The notes below the pieces were generated by a model. The model saw only the letters and a program-made list of their open reading frames with translations. It did not search any database and was not told the DNA's origin. Positions 1 to 14,479 of a stretch of DNA of 64,000 nt are shown here, in pieces (positions within the stretch are counted from its first letter, which is position 1; the number at the start of each line of letters is the position of its first letter). Both the position numbers and the translations under genes were made by a program. Origin of the DNA: the human T2T-CHM13v2.0 reference genome, Homo sapiens; the NCBI RefSeq assembly GCF_009914755.1, contig NC_060937.1; one strand, written 5' to 3'.

Positions 1-45
1 GACCCTGTCTCAAAAAAAAAAGAAAGAAAGAAAGAAAGAAAGAAA
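1..45 (+). mobile_element. 3' end of an Alu with A/(GAAA)n tail
   Basis: gaccctgtctc followed by an A-run and (GAAA)n; truncated by the window start. Confidence 0.8.
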
Positions 46-1627
46 CTGCAATTTTTTTTCCAGAGTTATTTTAGAAACTTTTTTTTTAAAAGTAAAAGAA
101 AAAGAAAAATCAGACATGATTTGATGGACTAGGGTGCGTTCTTATTTGGAAAACTTACAGATAGGCTTGAAACTAAGGGATGAAATCAAAACATTTCTAT
201 TTAATATCTAAATCTAGAAAATTTGAATATTACCTATTGGCAATGATAATATTCAAAGATAATAGTATTCAAATACTAGATGCTGTGTTTACATATAAAA
301 TAATATCTTATTAATTTTATTCATGTCTGTTAGTACACAAGACAAGGAATGCTATTTTTCCCAGTTAATTTTACATTCCTAGGAATATTTAAGAATCAAA
401 GAATGACCTTATCTGAAGTTTTAAGTTTCCATTTACTATAAATATTTAATGTAAATTAGTTCTTTCTCTATTTTTATGAATTCTCTACACATCTGTCTGT
501 TTCAATAAAATAAAGAATACTCATGTTTATTTCATGGGAGGAACATATACTAAAATTGTTGCATATAAAGTACAGGAGCACTCACTTAAAGGGAAAAAAT
601 ATCCACGTGGAGAAATTATACATAACAGGATAATACAGTATGCTTAGGAAAATAAGGCTTTTGTTGGGAATTGAATCCTAGTGTGCAGAAGTATTAGCTG
701 ACTCTCATTATAAACAAATTTTACCAGTTATTTCCTAACAGACTCTTGTTTAATGAATAAACGCTTTGCTTATTAATTACACAAAATTTGGTCAAAGCAT
801 TAGAAAAGATTAAATAGTTTTGTTACGGTGTGTTAAAAACTTGGCTTTTAACCTTGACATTTAATGGATTGGACCACACGGGCCAAGTTCCTTCTCCTTT
901 GCAAAGGTATGGAGCTGGAAATGAACTTAGAGATCAGACTCAAGGGACCACAGCTTGCACTTAATAGTTTACCTTTATCTGTGCTTTAGCTGTGCTTTTG
1001 GATGTATTAAGAACTTTTTAACTGCCTTAATAGACTGTTATCCCTTTTACTCTTTGATATGTGACATTTAAATATACCTTGAATTTGAACTGGTTGTCGT
1101 TATGTGTTGGGAACAAAATTACTTTTGATGGGAATACATTTTTGAATTAAAAATGCAAGTTAATAGATAAATAATATCTGATTATTATAGATTTTGAAAT
1201 ATTTATATTTAAGCCTTACAAATGACTTTTCAGTACAAACAAATTCTCTGATTAGACTTTCTGATCACCGTAGCAAATATGAATTGGACAATAATGTGAA
1301 TGTATAATAAAGAGCTATAAAGCAAAAATTTTAAAAAGAAATTGTGGTCTAAACATGCATGCCTCTCTATATGCTGCCACAGTTTTCCAGAAAGTACTGT
1401 GCATTTGAATCATCTTTCTTTATAGTGGCCACATAGCAGAAGTGGTTAAGTGTAAAGTTTTTCAGCATGAAGGGCGGGTATTGTGCAAATTTATAATTGC
1501 ATCAAAATAATGAGAGATTGAAGAAAACTCTGATTTTCAAATGTCTATTTTTGAAGAGTAAAACTTAAACTCATTATTTTTCCTCCCAGAAGGATACCTA
1601 AATCATGCTTGTCTTTCTCTTTAACAG

Positions 1628-1755
1628 ATAATTCTGAAATAATCAGCAGAAACGGAATGGAATGCCAAGAATCTGCATTGAGAATAACTAAACATTGTTA
1701 CTGTACATACTATCCTGTTTCCTCCTCAATAGAATTGCCACAAACTGCATGCTAA
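1628..1755 (+). CDS. MBNL2: Muscleblind-like 2, terminal coding exon (long-frame C-terminus (D)NSEIISRNGMECQESALRITKHCYCTYYPVSSSIELPQTAC*; alternative frame IILK* ends at 1642)
   Basis: Acceptor gtctttctctttaacag| at 1627. Manual translation gives both C-terminal tails that I recall for MBNL2 isoforms. The position upstream of RAP2A fits the known gene order. Confidence 0.88.
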
Positions 1756-4425
1756 ATAAAGATGTAGTTCTTCTGGACAGACCACAACTCTAAGAAGCTA
1801 GTGCTGCTATCTCATATATGAGTATTAAATATGGTATGCTTAGTATATTCCAACCTAAGATAGTTAACTACCTGAGACCAGCTGTGATGTTTAAAGACAT
1901 AAAGGATAAAGTTTACTTTTAAAGGGTTTCTAAACATAGTTTCTGTCCTAGGAATATTGTCTTATCTCCATAACTATAGCTGATGCAGAAAGTCCAGCCA
2001 GTTTACTCATTTCGATTCAGAATATTTCAAATTTAGCAATAAACAATTAGCATTAGTTAAAAAAGAAACATATTCCAAGGGCAGGTTCGATTCTAGCTCT
2101 AATTACTGTCATGTCATTTACCCACTGGATCAAAGGGTATGTTTCACTTCTTGACAATATAAATGCTGCAGCAAAGATGAGAGGTGAAGTAAAACCGATA
2201 CCTGTCCTGCAGGTCTAAAATTTGAATGGAAATTCAAGCACAAGTACTGGGGACACATCAAAGTGTGGTGTTTGGTTTGCCTGGAGATGCCACGTTGAAT
2301 CATGTGATTCTAGATTAACATTAAATAGATTGAAAAAGAAACTTTGCACGGTATGAGCTTCATACCCCACCAAACAAAGTCTTGAAGGTATTATTTTACA
2401 AGTATATTTTTAAAGTTGTTTTATAAGAGAGACTTTGTAGAAGTGCCTAGATTTTGCCAGACTTCATCCAGCTTGACAAGATTGAGAGGCCCATGCCAAC
2501 AGTCTAATCTAAGAGATTAGTCTTTCAAACTCACCATCCAGTTGCCTGTTACAGAATAACTCTTCTTAACTAAAAACCTAGTCAAACAAGGAAGCTGTAG
2601 GTGAGGAGATCTGTATAATATTCTAATTTAAGTAAGTTTGAGTTTAGTCACTGCAAATTTGACTGTGACTTTAATCTAAATTACTATGTAAACAAAAAGT
2701 AGATAGTTTCACTTTTTAAAAAATCCATTACTGTTTTGCATTTCAAAAGTTGGATTAAAGGGTTGTAACTGACTACAGCATGGAAAAAAATAGTTCTTTT
2801 AATTCTTTCACCTTAAAGCATATTTTATGTCTCAAAAGTATAAAAAACTTTAATACAAGTACATACATATTATATATACACATACATATATATACTATAT
2901 ATGGATGAAACATATTTTAATGTTGTTTACTTTTTTAAATACTTGGTTGATCTTCAAGGTAATAGCGATACAATTAAATTTTGTTCAGAAAGTTTGTTTT
3001 AAAGTTTATTTTAAGCACTATCGTACCAAATATTTCATATTTCACATTTTATATGTTGCACATAGCCTATACAGTACCTACATAGTTTTTAAATTATTGT
3101 TTAAAAAACAAAACAGCTGTTATAAATGAATATTATGTGTAATTGTTTCAAACATCCATTTTCTTTGTGAACATATTAGTGATTGAAGTATTTTGACTTT
3201 TGAGATTGAATGTAAAATATTTTAAATTTGGGATCATCGCCTGTTCTGAAAACTAGATGCACCAACCGTATCATTATTTGTTTGAGGAAAAAAAGAAATC
3301 TGCATTTTAATTCATGTTGGTCAAAGTCGAATTACTATCTATTTATCTTATATCGTAGATCTGATAACCCTATCTAAAAGAAAGTCACACGCTAAATGTA
3401 TTCTTACATAGTGCTTGTATCGTTGCATTTGTTTTAATTTGTGGAAAAGTATTGTATCTAACTTGTATTACTTTGGTAGTTTCATCTTTATGTATTATTG
3501 ATATTTGTAATTTTCTCAACTATAACAATGTAGTTACGCTACAACTTGCCTAAAACATTCAAACTTGTTTTCTTTTTTCTGTTTTTTTCTTTGTTAATTC
3601 ATTTAAACTCATTGAAAACATAGTATACATTACTAAAAGGTAAATTATGGGAATCACTGAAATATTTTTGTAGATTAATTGTTGTAACATTGTCTTTCTT
3701 TTTTTTCTTTTGTTTCATGATTTTGATTTTTAAAATTATTAGCACACAACTATTTTCAGCCCTTTAATAATGGAGCATCAAAAACATCACCTGTAACCCC
3801 AAGCAAATATAGAAGACTGTATTTTTTACTATGATATCCATTTTCCAGAATTGTGATTACAATATGCAAAGAGTCATAAATATGCCATTTACAATAAGGA
3901 GGAGGCAAGGCAAATGCATAGATGTACAAATATATGTACAACAGATTTTGCTTTTTATTTATTTATAATGTAATTTTATAGAATAATTCTGGGATTTGAG
4001 AGGATCTAAAACTATTTTTCTGTATAAATATTATTTGCCAAAAGTTTGTTTATATTCAGAAGTCTGACTATGATGAATAAATCTTAAATGCTTTGTTTAA
4101 TTAAAAAACAAAAATCACCAATATCCAAGACATGAAGATATCAGTTCAACAAATACTGTAGTTAAGAGACTAACTCTCCACTTGTATGGGAACTACATTT
4201 CACTCTTGGTTTTCAGGATATAACAGCACTTCACCGAAATATTCTTTCAGCCATACCACTGGTAACATTTCTACTAAATCTTTCTGTAACACTTAAAGAA
4301 TTCCCTCATTCATTACCTTACAGTGTAAACAGGAGTCTAATTTGTATCAATACTATGTTTTGGTTGTAATATTCAGTTCACTCACCCAATGTACAACCAA
4401 TGAAATAAAAGAAGCATTTAAAAGG
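1756..4425 (+). other. MBNL2: MBNL2 3' UTR
   Basis: AU-rich stretch after the stop codon with no interspersed repeats recognised, ending at a canonical poly(A) cassette. Confidence 0.8.
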
Positions 4426-4456
4426 ATTGTATAGTCTTCCTTCTTTTTGTGTTGAG
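4390..4456 (+). terminator. Distal cleavage/polyadenylation site of MBNL2
   Basis: TGTA at 4390, AATAAA at 4404-4409, U/GU-rich downstream element ttctttttgtgttg at ~4441-4454. Further AATAAA hexamers at 1755, 2038 and 4076 are possible proximal sites. Confidence 0.75.
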
Positions 4457-7400
4457 ACAGATTGATAATTCACCAAACAAAATAGTTTTCACCTTCACAC
4501 ATACAGTATTTGTTAACTTCAAAGAAGACCAAACTCGGGTCTTCGAATGGAAAACTGATAGTTTTTGCTTTTGGCTTTGGCTTTTTAGCAGCAAGAAAAA
4601 CAATTAAAAATGGTAATTTGAGAAGTATTTTTAGTATTCTTTAAAATTAGAAGTGAAAATAAAGCCCACCACTCAGCCCTCTTCTTCACATCTCAGACTG
4701 ATAATGAAAAGATATGGGATCAATGGCATCAGTAACTAAATGGGAAACAAAATGTCAGTTTCATGAATAGATTAGATTTTAAAAAGGACCCATTAAGGTA
4801 TAATAGAGGCTTCTGTAAGAGCTTGATGGGATAACATGAATCAGACCTGAGGCTGCAGAAAGAGATAGAATGGTGAGTTCTATTCTATGCAGAGGTCCTA
4901 GCTAGGTGGCTCAAGAATAGAACAGGAATTCAGCAAAGAGAGGGTGATGAGGGTCCCTGCTATTCTGTCAGTAAGCAGTCTCCTCCTAAGAGGTGGTGTG
5001 TGGGCAGAAGGAGCAACAGAAGCTCCTTCTTCAGCCTTTTGAGACCCACCATATTTGTCAAGGAAGGTGCTATTGGCCTTTTGGGTGGGAACACTCCTTG
5101 TCACACTGAGATTAGCAGAAATTGCCTTCTCTGTGGGCCAAGGCAGAAACATGAGTTTTCTCCATGGCAGATTTAAAGCTTCAGGCCTCCTGAGTGGTTA
5201 TGATATAGCATAGAAAACACCCATATTCAGCAGATACAAATAAAGCTGCTTGTATTTTTTAACTATCCCATCAGGATTTCCAAGGCTAAAAATACTTTTA
5301 ACACCTCTGTGGATATTTGAAAAAATGGCTATATATTTGGATGAGTGATTTTTGTACTGTAATGCAAAGGAAAACCTATCTCATCAGTCACTCCCTGCAA
5401 AAATCATTCTGTTAATAGTAAGTTCAAGATGTCAACTTCAGAGAGCAAGTTATTATTTTAAGTGAAAAATCTAAAACTGTAGTTCATGAAGTATAATTTC
5501 TATCAGTAGACTGGCTATTTATGGTACTACATCAAAATCAAAAACAAAACTTAAACCTCTCAGGATAAAAAACTATCTCTTCAGCATAGAAAATATTTGG
5601 GTATAAAATATCAATTATCTTATAATTATCTGACAAAAGAGAAGTGTCATTTCAGTTTTGGGCTCTCCAAATTTAAAATGATGTTTCAAATCAGAAATAT
5701 ACTCTTTATGATTAAAGTTCTATTGCAATGCCACAGATTTTAGGGGCAGCTAGGAAAACCAAAATAAAGTTCAATGTTCTGATATTTACAAAAAGACGGT
5801 AGTGGTTCCCTGCAGAATGATTTCTGCAGGGGCAACCCCCACCCCCTCTCCCCACCTCCAAAATATCCTAGGGTGTCTCTGAAATATTAGGCAATTTTTG
5901 CTGGACTGATTTATCTCCATAGAAATGACTGAGTCACTGTGAATAAGTATGATTCACACAGAATGAAACATAGTAATGATTCCCTCTATGCTCTTAGTTG
6001 GGGAGATAGATGGCAAGGATGGGAATGGGTGGAATTGAGAATGTTCACCAGGGACCTACTTATGTGCCAAGTTCTATGCTAAATATTCTATATATGTTTC
6101 TAACAAGCCCACCCTGTGTTGGAGAGAATTACTAACAACTGATAAGTGAATTCTGACTGATACAGAGATTCCTCTTCAACGTACATAGAGACTCTGCTGT
6201 GAGAAGCAACTTGCTTCTAGATCAACACTACTAGTGTCTGCCCTTAGGGTGACTAGCTGCCCGGCTCAGCTGAAAACCTCTGTCCAGTACGTGTCAAAGC
6301 TTTCACCAACTGGCTTGTGACTTCAGTTTCCTCCACTGTCAGCTACTTTGAAAAATGTCCACCCATTTGAGGTGTCCCTGTGGCACCCACCATGTAAATT
6401 GTATAAATGCTACTTGGCCTAAATTATAATGAAACAATTTCAGATATCCCATCAAATCTGGTGAAAACCCATATAGTTGTTCACATGAAATAAGGCATAA
6501 ACAGAGAGTAACTGGTTTTGTTCACATACATTTTACGTAATCCTTAGGGTTACAAAGAATCTATTATACCTATAATGTAGATGAAAAAAATCAAGACTCA
6601 TAAAAATTAAATAACTCTCGAAATCACATAGAGCAAACCCTGGCTTGCCCCAACTCTACAGCCAAGTTGAAATGAGCTTTATTTGTGGTAGCCTTCCAGT
6701 CAAAATTTCACTAAAAAATTCAGAGTGAAGCATTTATCCAGGTTTAAGTTGAAGTTATAAGAATCCTTTACTTGGTTACTTAAGATAAAGATATTCTTCC
6801 CTATCCCAAGAATATGATTTAGGAAATATTTTGAAACTATGGGCTACAAAGTACTCTGCCAGATTTAGGACATGGCCCAATTCTTTATTCGGACCGGAGG
6901 CAATAGAAGAAATGTTACATTGTACCATTACTCCAGTGTTACCCAGAGTTTTTTTGTTTGTTTGCTTGTTTGTTTATCGAGCTTCTATGTGGTTCTCCTG
7001 AAATAAAATATATAATGATGGTCATTGAATTTCTCCTAATAATAATGTGGCATCAAGTCATGATGCAGTTAGTCACGTGGAGGCAGCACGTGAAAAGATA
7101 GAACTTGAAAGTCTAGGGAAAAGAGACAGAGAGAATAAATTTCTGCATAAAGGCCACACATGAATGTGTACCCCTAAAATCCAACTGCATCCAGAGAGGC
7201 TGAGAAATTGAATGTTACTATTGTTGATCCCTTTCTCTCATAACTTTTCTGTGGGTTTTTCCAATTCTTTGTTTTATATAAATGAAGGAAGAGATTTATA
7301 TTTGTCCTTGTGTGTAAACTAAAATGATCTAAATCAGAGCAGTCTAACTTTTCTTTTGCTAGAGAACATCTCCTTCCAACAAAAGGTCACCCTACAAAAG

Positions 7401-8359
7401 TCCACAAGCCAAATCGTAGCAAAGTGCTCCTGTTGCAAGGAGGTCTCTTTCCTGAGATCCGTGAATAAGCTCTGCAGTCCAGAGATGGAAACCCATGCAT
7501 TTAATGTAAAATGTGTGGCTTTACAGAGGGAGAGAAATGTATTCAAAGTAGCGTGACAGCTTAGAAAAGCTGCCTCTTAAGCTCTAAATATGTCTGAGCA
7601 AATTGATCAGATATATACAGAAGTAACAAACGTACTACAGAATAAATATATTTTCAACACTCTCACACGCATATATTTATATAGAGAGCAATCTAAACGC
7701 ATTAGCATTCATAAACACAAAGTCGAATGTTTTTCAGAGCTACAGAATGGAAAGATCAGTGTCTGCATTCCACAGTAGTTTAAGAGCTGGTTAAGAGCTA
7801 AGTTTCTGGTCATGCTGCCCAAGTTTAACTCTCAACTGTACTTTTTAACAGCTCCTAAGCATCAAGGTTTTTTCGCCAATAAGCCGAGTCTCACAACCGA
7901 ATGTACCTTGCTGGGACATAATGAAGATTAAGTGAGATAATATATGCTAACCAGATAGAGCGGGACCCGACACTTAGCAAGATTTCAGTGAATATCAATT
8001 ATTATTCTTAAAATAATATTAAAATGAGCTCTTGTGTTTCCCTGTAAGTATTTATTTCCTTTTTCTGTCCAAACATCTCTTGGCAACTAAGAGGCGCCTC
8101 TTCTATTTCCTCAATGACAATTAATGCCAAAAACTGATGGGCAAATTATAGAAAATTCATAATAACAAATAATGAGCCAGATTATTTTTGTGGAAACCTA
8201 TAATTACTTCAATTCAACAACTGTTCACTGAGCACCATCTAAGCCCTGCTAAGCCATTAAAGGGATGTGAACATGGCCAAAGTCCAATGCTCTGCCCTCA
8301 AGAAGCTTATCATGTGGCAGAACAGAACCTGTTAAAAATAGAGAAAGGAGGAAGAGGAT

Positions 8360-9107
<748 letters not shown>

Positions 9108-9639
9108 ATAATAAGGGGGGTTGAATAAAGATTGCTTTCTATAGATTGCAAAGAATTAATAAAATATTTCGATCATGGTTTCTGTTGCTTTTCAGTTAGG
9201 AGACATGACCCACAGGGAATGTGATGGCCAAAGCCACAATGCCTCAGGGAGAGCCTTATGTTTGTTTGTTTGTTTCTGTTTTGTCTGCAGAATGAAGCAA
9301 TTGGAATACAAGATCTTTTAACTTCCATTCTGGATACAACAATCTGTGATTTATCAACATCTAGCACATTTCTGACTGAACTCAACATTTATTGTACTTG
9401 GTAATTTTGATTTGCAAATATATTTCATTGTTTATAAGTTTGCATTGACCAGACTAATTTTACTTAGCCTGTGTTGTAGGGGTAGGCCCTTGCTTTCTTT
9501 CAATACACATAAGAAACTTCAGTAACCCTTCCTAAGACGTCATAGTCAAGTTTGGCCCAAAAGGCCAAGTGGGCTGTCTGCAGCTAGAACAAATATATCT
9601 AGCATTTTTTGTACCCTTATATTGTGATAACCTCTTAAC

Positions 9640-9810
9640 ATGAAGTCTCTCATTTAATCTTTACAATAAATTGAATGATTGATTCTATTATGAGCATCCC
9701 TATTTATAGATGAGAAAACTGAGGACTAGAAACTTTAGATAACTTAACAAGTCACAAAGTTTGTAGTGAAGTGAAGATTCAAACACAGCCAGTCTGCCTC
9801 TAGATCCCTA
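9640..9810. mobile_element. MIR fragment
   Basis: MIR core-like tttatagatgagaaaactgagg...aagtcaca...agattcaaacacagccagtctg. Confidence 0.6.
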
Positions 9811-9827
9811 GTGTTTTGCTACCTTAT

Positions 9828-9960
9828 TACTCCAAATGTGGTCCTTGAGCCAGCCACAGGACTACCTGAAGACTTGCTAGAAATGCAGAATCCCAGGCTG
9901 CACCCCAGACCTACTCCCAAGGGACCCATATGCACATTAAAGTCTGAGAAGTGGTGCTGT
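9828..9960. mobile_element. MER5-like hAT-Charlie fragment
   Basis: ctccaaatgtggtcc...tagaaatgcagaatcccagg...ccccagacctact...aaagtctgagaag. Confidence 0.55.
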
Positions 9961-10212
9961 GGTACTCAGGACCAATCCCCCTTCAGATACTCTATTGACT
10001 CTGCAAAGCAGTGAATGAAGACCAATGACAACACTGGACCATTTTGATGTTCCTTGTTAGTAACAATTCAAAAGAATTGTCATTGGATGCAAAGACATCC
10101 AAAGACATCATATGTCTCTAATTTTACTCTTGTTCCTTCTTGATCTGCTCTCCCTCCACATGGCAGCCAGCACTTTCATAAAATAGAAATCAGATCACGG
10201 CATCATTCCCAT

Positions 10213-11590
10213 CAGAGATGGATCCAGGCTTTGTGAGGCTGGAAACTTATAAAACTGGGGAAGGGAGTTCTTAAAGAAAAAGAACCCCCAAATAAATATA
10301 AAGTTAAATACAAAACTAAATATATAGAAAAGCCATTTTTATAAATTATCCATTGGACACACTACTATGATACGTTTAATTTAAATTTCTCACGGCATCG
10401 CCTTTGATTACATCCTCATATAACACTTTTTTGTAATATCATTTCCTATACAGATAACAAAAAGGTAATTCAATCTTACTTGTAGTGTGGTTGGAAGAAA
10501 TTTGCTTTTTAATGTAGATGTTTTTGTATTGATAATTTAACATGCAACTTCACACATATACATACGCACACGTATCCTCACTGCTTATCATACAAACACA
10601 AGAATTCTAAGTTCTATTTTACACAATTCTTATTTGAAAAGGAAAAAAATTGGCATTTATAATTGTGCTTTGTTATCCTAAAAGATAAGTATAAATAAAG
10701 AATAAATCCTCTGCTTAGAATTGTAGGCATCTGATGACTAGAATGTCCCATGGACTAGCATTCACCACATATACCTCAAATCGTTTCCTTTCCACTACCT
10801 GCTTACTCCCAGGGCTGAGTGCTGTAAGACACACTCACATTGCGATGAAAACCAATGGTCGTACACTGTACTTCATGTCATAGTACTGGGTAAGCAGCAC
10901 CTATACTGAGATGGCTAACAACATTAGCCAAACACAGAAATGGCTATGAGCCATGTAACTGTATTTCACCAAGCCCAAGCTAGATGTATACCAGTCAACT
11001 TCTTTGGAGCCAAAGATCAAAAATGACTATGGCCAGTCCAATGCCACTCCACAAAAGGGAGTGTGATGGAACAGATGTCAGTATGGAAAAAGAGAGTGGT
11101 CCTAAACAATTGCCAATTTTATAAAACCATGACCTTGCATGACCTTGAACACATACAAAGCTACAAAAGCTACAGTTCCTCCCAGGTTTGGTTTTCTTTT
11201 CGTTTTCTTTCTGTTTTTTTTTTTTTTTTTTTTTTTTTTGAGACGCGGTCTTGCTCTGTTGCCCAGGCTGGAGTGCAGTGGCATGATCTCAGCTTACTGC
11301 AACCTACTCCTCCAGGGTTCAAGCGATTCTCCTGCCTCAGCCTCCTGAGTATCCGGGATTACAAGAGCATGCCACCACACCTGGCTAATTTTTGTATTTG
11401 TAATACAGACTGGATTTTACCATGTTGGTCAGGGTGGTCTCAAACTCCTGACCTCATGATCTGCCCACCTCAGCCTCCCAAAGTGCTGAGATTACAGGTG
11501 TGAGCCACCTCCCAGGTTCTTAAAAGGACTCACACAAGTGGTAGGTCCTGAAGCTTAAGCTTCATTAGTTTCATGGCAAATCTGCCTCTA
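10213..11590. mobile_element. hAT-Tip100 DNA transposon fossil (Zaphod/MER115-like), containing an Alu and sitting inside an L2 remnant
   Basis: Ends cagagatggatccaggctttgtgagg... and ...cctgaagcttaagcttcattagtttcatggcaaatctgcctct resemble this family's termini. Confidence 0.5.
11189..11507 (-). mobile_element. AluS-type element
   Basis: Poly-T followed by reverse Alu body; 11-bp TSD cctcccaggtt at 11178-11188 and 11508-11518. Confidence 0.93.
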
Positions 11591-11639
11591 TCCTCTATTT
11601 TAAACAAACAAGTAACAATGACAAGAAACTTTCACTCTT

Positions 11640-12485
11640 CTCTGACTTCCCACTGCTCTTAGGATAAAATTCAACCACTTTGCCCTGACCGACACCTTCT
11701 CCAACCTCATCCATTACCATGTTCCCCTGAGCAAACTACCATCTAACCCCTCTGAATGCTTCCATTTCTCAAAGGACACAGAGTTCTTTCTGCCTCCTGA
11801 ATTCCCTTCCTTCTGCCTGAAATGCTTGTCTTCTCTCTTGGGTCATAGCAAAATCATTTTCTTCTGAAGGCGATATGACCTCATCCCAGACCTCAGGTGG
11901 CATATTTCATCTCTGCACTATGTTTATTGCTGCCATAGCAGCTATCACATTGTGTAACCATCTTGCTCATCTCTGTATCAGTTGCATTATCTGCCTCTCA
12001 TTGGAATTTAATCTCTGTGATGGTAGGTCCCTTGCTTTGTTCACCACCTTTATTAGTCAGTTTTCATGCTGCTGATAAAGATGTACCTGAGACTAGGTAA
12101 TTTATAAAGAAGAAGAGGTTTAACGGACTCACAGTTCCACTTGGCTGGAGAGGCCTTACAATCGTGGTGGAAGGTGAAAGGCACATCTTACATGGTGGCA
12201 GGCAAGAAAGAATGAGAGCCAAGCGAAAGGGGAAACCCATTATAAAATCATCAGATCTCATGAGACTTATTCACTACCATGAGAACAGTATGGGGGAAAC
12301 TGCCTCCATGATTCAATTATCTCCTACTGGTTCCCTCCCATAACATGTGGAAATTATGGGAGCTACAATTCAAGATGAGATTTGGGTGGGGACACAGTCA
12401 AGCTACATCACCACCATATCCCCTTTGCTCACAACGGTGTCAGAACACAGCAGACTTCAATTCGTATTTGTTGAGTGAATCATTA
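11640..12485 (+). mobile_element. L2 3' remnant interrupted by a THE1 LTR
   Basis: cccactgctcttaggataaaattcaa...cttctgcctgaaatgc...tatttgttgagtgaat (L2 tail-like end). Confidence 0.55.
12049..12410 (-). mobile_element. THE1 (MaLR) solo LTR
   Basis: tattagtcagttttcatgctgctgataaag...gagatttgggtggggacacag; 5-bp TSD ccacc at 12044-12048 and 12411-12415. Confidence 0.88.
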
Positions 12486-13094
12486 GTAAATCTGGGATGT
12501 CAGAAGAGATAGGCATAAATAAAAAATCTAAAACTATGAAATTAAAATAGTGATTCAATACATTTGCTACACCCACTCTACATTCTTGGCTAAGGAGCTA
12601 AGCAGAGATCCACTTATTTAACAAGTATTTTTGAGCCTCTAATGCGTGTATTACAAAATGCTAGAAAACATGAAAAACAAAGGGCTTATTTCCTTATTAG
12701 ATTGTAAACAATCTGAAACCATCATAGTCTTGCTATAATTTACAGAAAGAAAAAAACAAACAAATGGAAACAAAATACATGATACATATTGAGATATCTC
12801 ATGACGAGTTCCAAATTATTAAATAGTGAATGTCATGGGCGATTGGTGAGAGCTGGAGATGTGATGGAAGTCTCCCTAGAGAAGTCTCTTGAAATGGATC
12901 TGGAGAAGTGGTAAATACAGAAATTGGCCAAGCGAGAAGCCTGAGAAGCAATAGGAATAAAAATGCACAGGTGGGTGATTAGAATGGATGGGGGTTCTAT
13001 GCTCAAAGGAGGGAGTGGCACACAAAAAACGGGGGGGGGGGGGACATTGGCTTTTGCAAGACAGCCAGAACCGAAAAAGTGAATAGCAGAGTGG

Positions 13095-13505
13095 AGCTGC
13101 AGTGTGCTGTCAGATCCTCCTGCAGACTGAAGTACTTACTCTGCAGGGTCCAGGAGTGCTGCAGCAGTCAGTTCTTCTGGAATTGCATTAACTAAAGAGA
13201 AATGCCTGATCCAAAGTCTCACTCCGTCTCCTCGCATGCCCCTTGTCCAGTTGGTTGAAGGAAGAGGATGAAGGCCCACAACCTTGCCCCAAATCAGAGT
13301 AACTCTGAAGAGTCATCCTCAGGTGTTCATGGGGCCAGCTGAGGCCTTTTTGAGACTGCAACAGAGCCCAGCTTCTCCTTCTGCCTCACTGTGCTTCCTG
13401 CCCTCCCTTCCACATGGGTTGGTCCCAGGTGTCTTCCCTAAAAATCTTCATGCCCACTGGTCCCCACCTCAGAGATGACTTCCCAGGGAATCCAAACTGC
13501 TATCA
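13095..13505 (+). mobile_element. ERVL LTR16-like solo LTR
   Basis: ccagcttctccttctgcc...cttcctgccctcccttccaca...ctcagagatgacttcccagggaatccaa resembles the LTR16 3' end. Confidence 0.5.
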
Positions 13506-14479
13506 ATAGGTAAATCCATCATTTGTCAATTCCATTATTGAAGCACTTGATTTTCTTTCAACTGATGCAAGAAATAGATTTTAAATTCATAATTCGATTC
13601 TTTTTTGACAAAGAAAATAATTTGCCTGTAAATGTATCTTGCCTAAGATAGTACTAAATTAATCACAAAGAAGAAAAAGGAGAATGATGAAAAGAAAGAA
13701 CTCAAAGCTGAAATATTTTTTATTATGATTTCAAAAAGTAGCAAATTTTCACACATTTTAAGGAGAAATATAGCCTTTAAAAAAAAAAGGCACTAGTAAA
13801 AGTCATGTTTCACTTGGTCCAATTTTTTTTTAGTCTTTTACATTCCTGAGCCCTGTGGCAATACTTCTTTCAAAAGAAACCAGAAAAAATAACCAAATTA
13901 ATTCTATGTAAGCCAGGTATCATCATATAAGATGAAAGTTTGTATTTGTTCAATACAATTCTGGAACTAAATTCAATTGTAGAACACAAGGGATATAAAA
14001 CTCTAGAATCTGGTCTACCCAACCCATCAAAGCCATTTCACAGCTAACTGAAGTGATTTGTCTATGTTGTTACATATTGTCTGCAAGCTTGAGTGGGGCA
14101 CACTTGGGAATTAATACAGTTGATGGGTACTATTGATAAAAGCAACCCTTAAGAAAGCAACGAGTAATTAAAGAAACACATATCAGTGTTCAGATAATCC
14201 CAACTCCTTCAAGAGTCATCAATATGTTTTGAAAGCAAACGATATATGAGGCGGTTTTACTCTGGTAAAAATCCTTACAGAGGTCAATTAACATATTTAG
14301 GGCATGAGCTGATTGCTAGCTGTGGACACAGGGACTATAACTTTTACATGTTCTACTCACAGGAGCCACTGCAGGAGACAGGAAACTGGGTTAATATGAG
14401 AACCCTTTGTTGATCATTGGTCTGTGCTACCACTCACTAACCACACTTCATTCTGCGATCCTAAAAGGCAATAGGTATA

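Noticed and set aside
11063-11503. 146-aa ORF; similar ORFs at 22074, 23447, 27353 and 31140
   Set aside because: Largely or partly translations of Alu or THE1 sequence
13024-13043. A-run followed by a G homopolymer; also A-runs at 16574 and 45777
   Set aside because: Simple homopolymers with no TSD or other sign of an insertion
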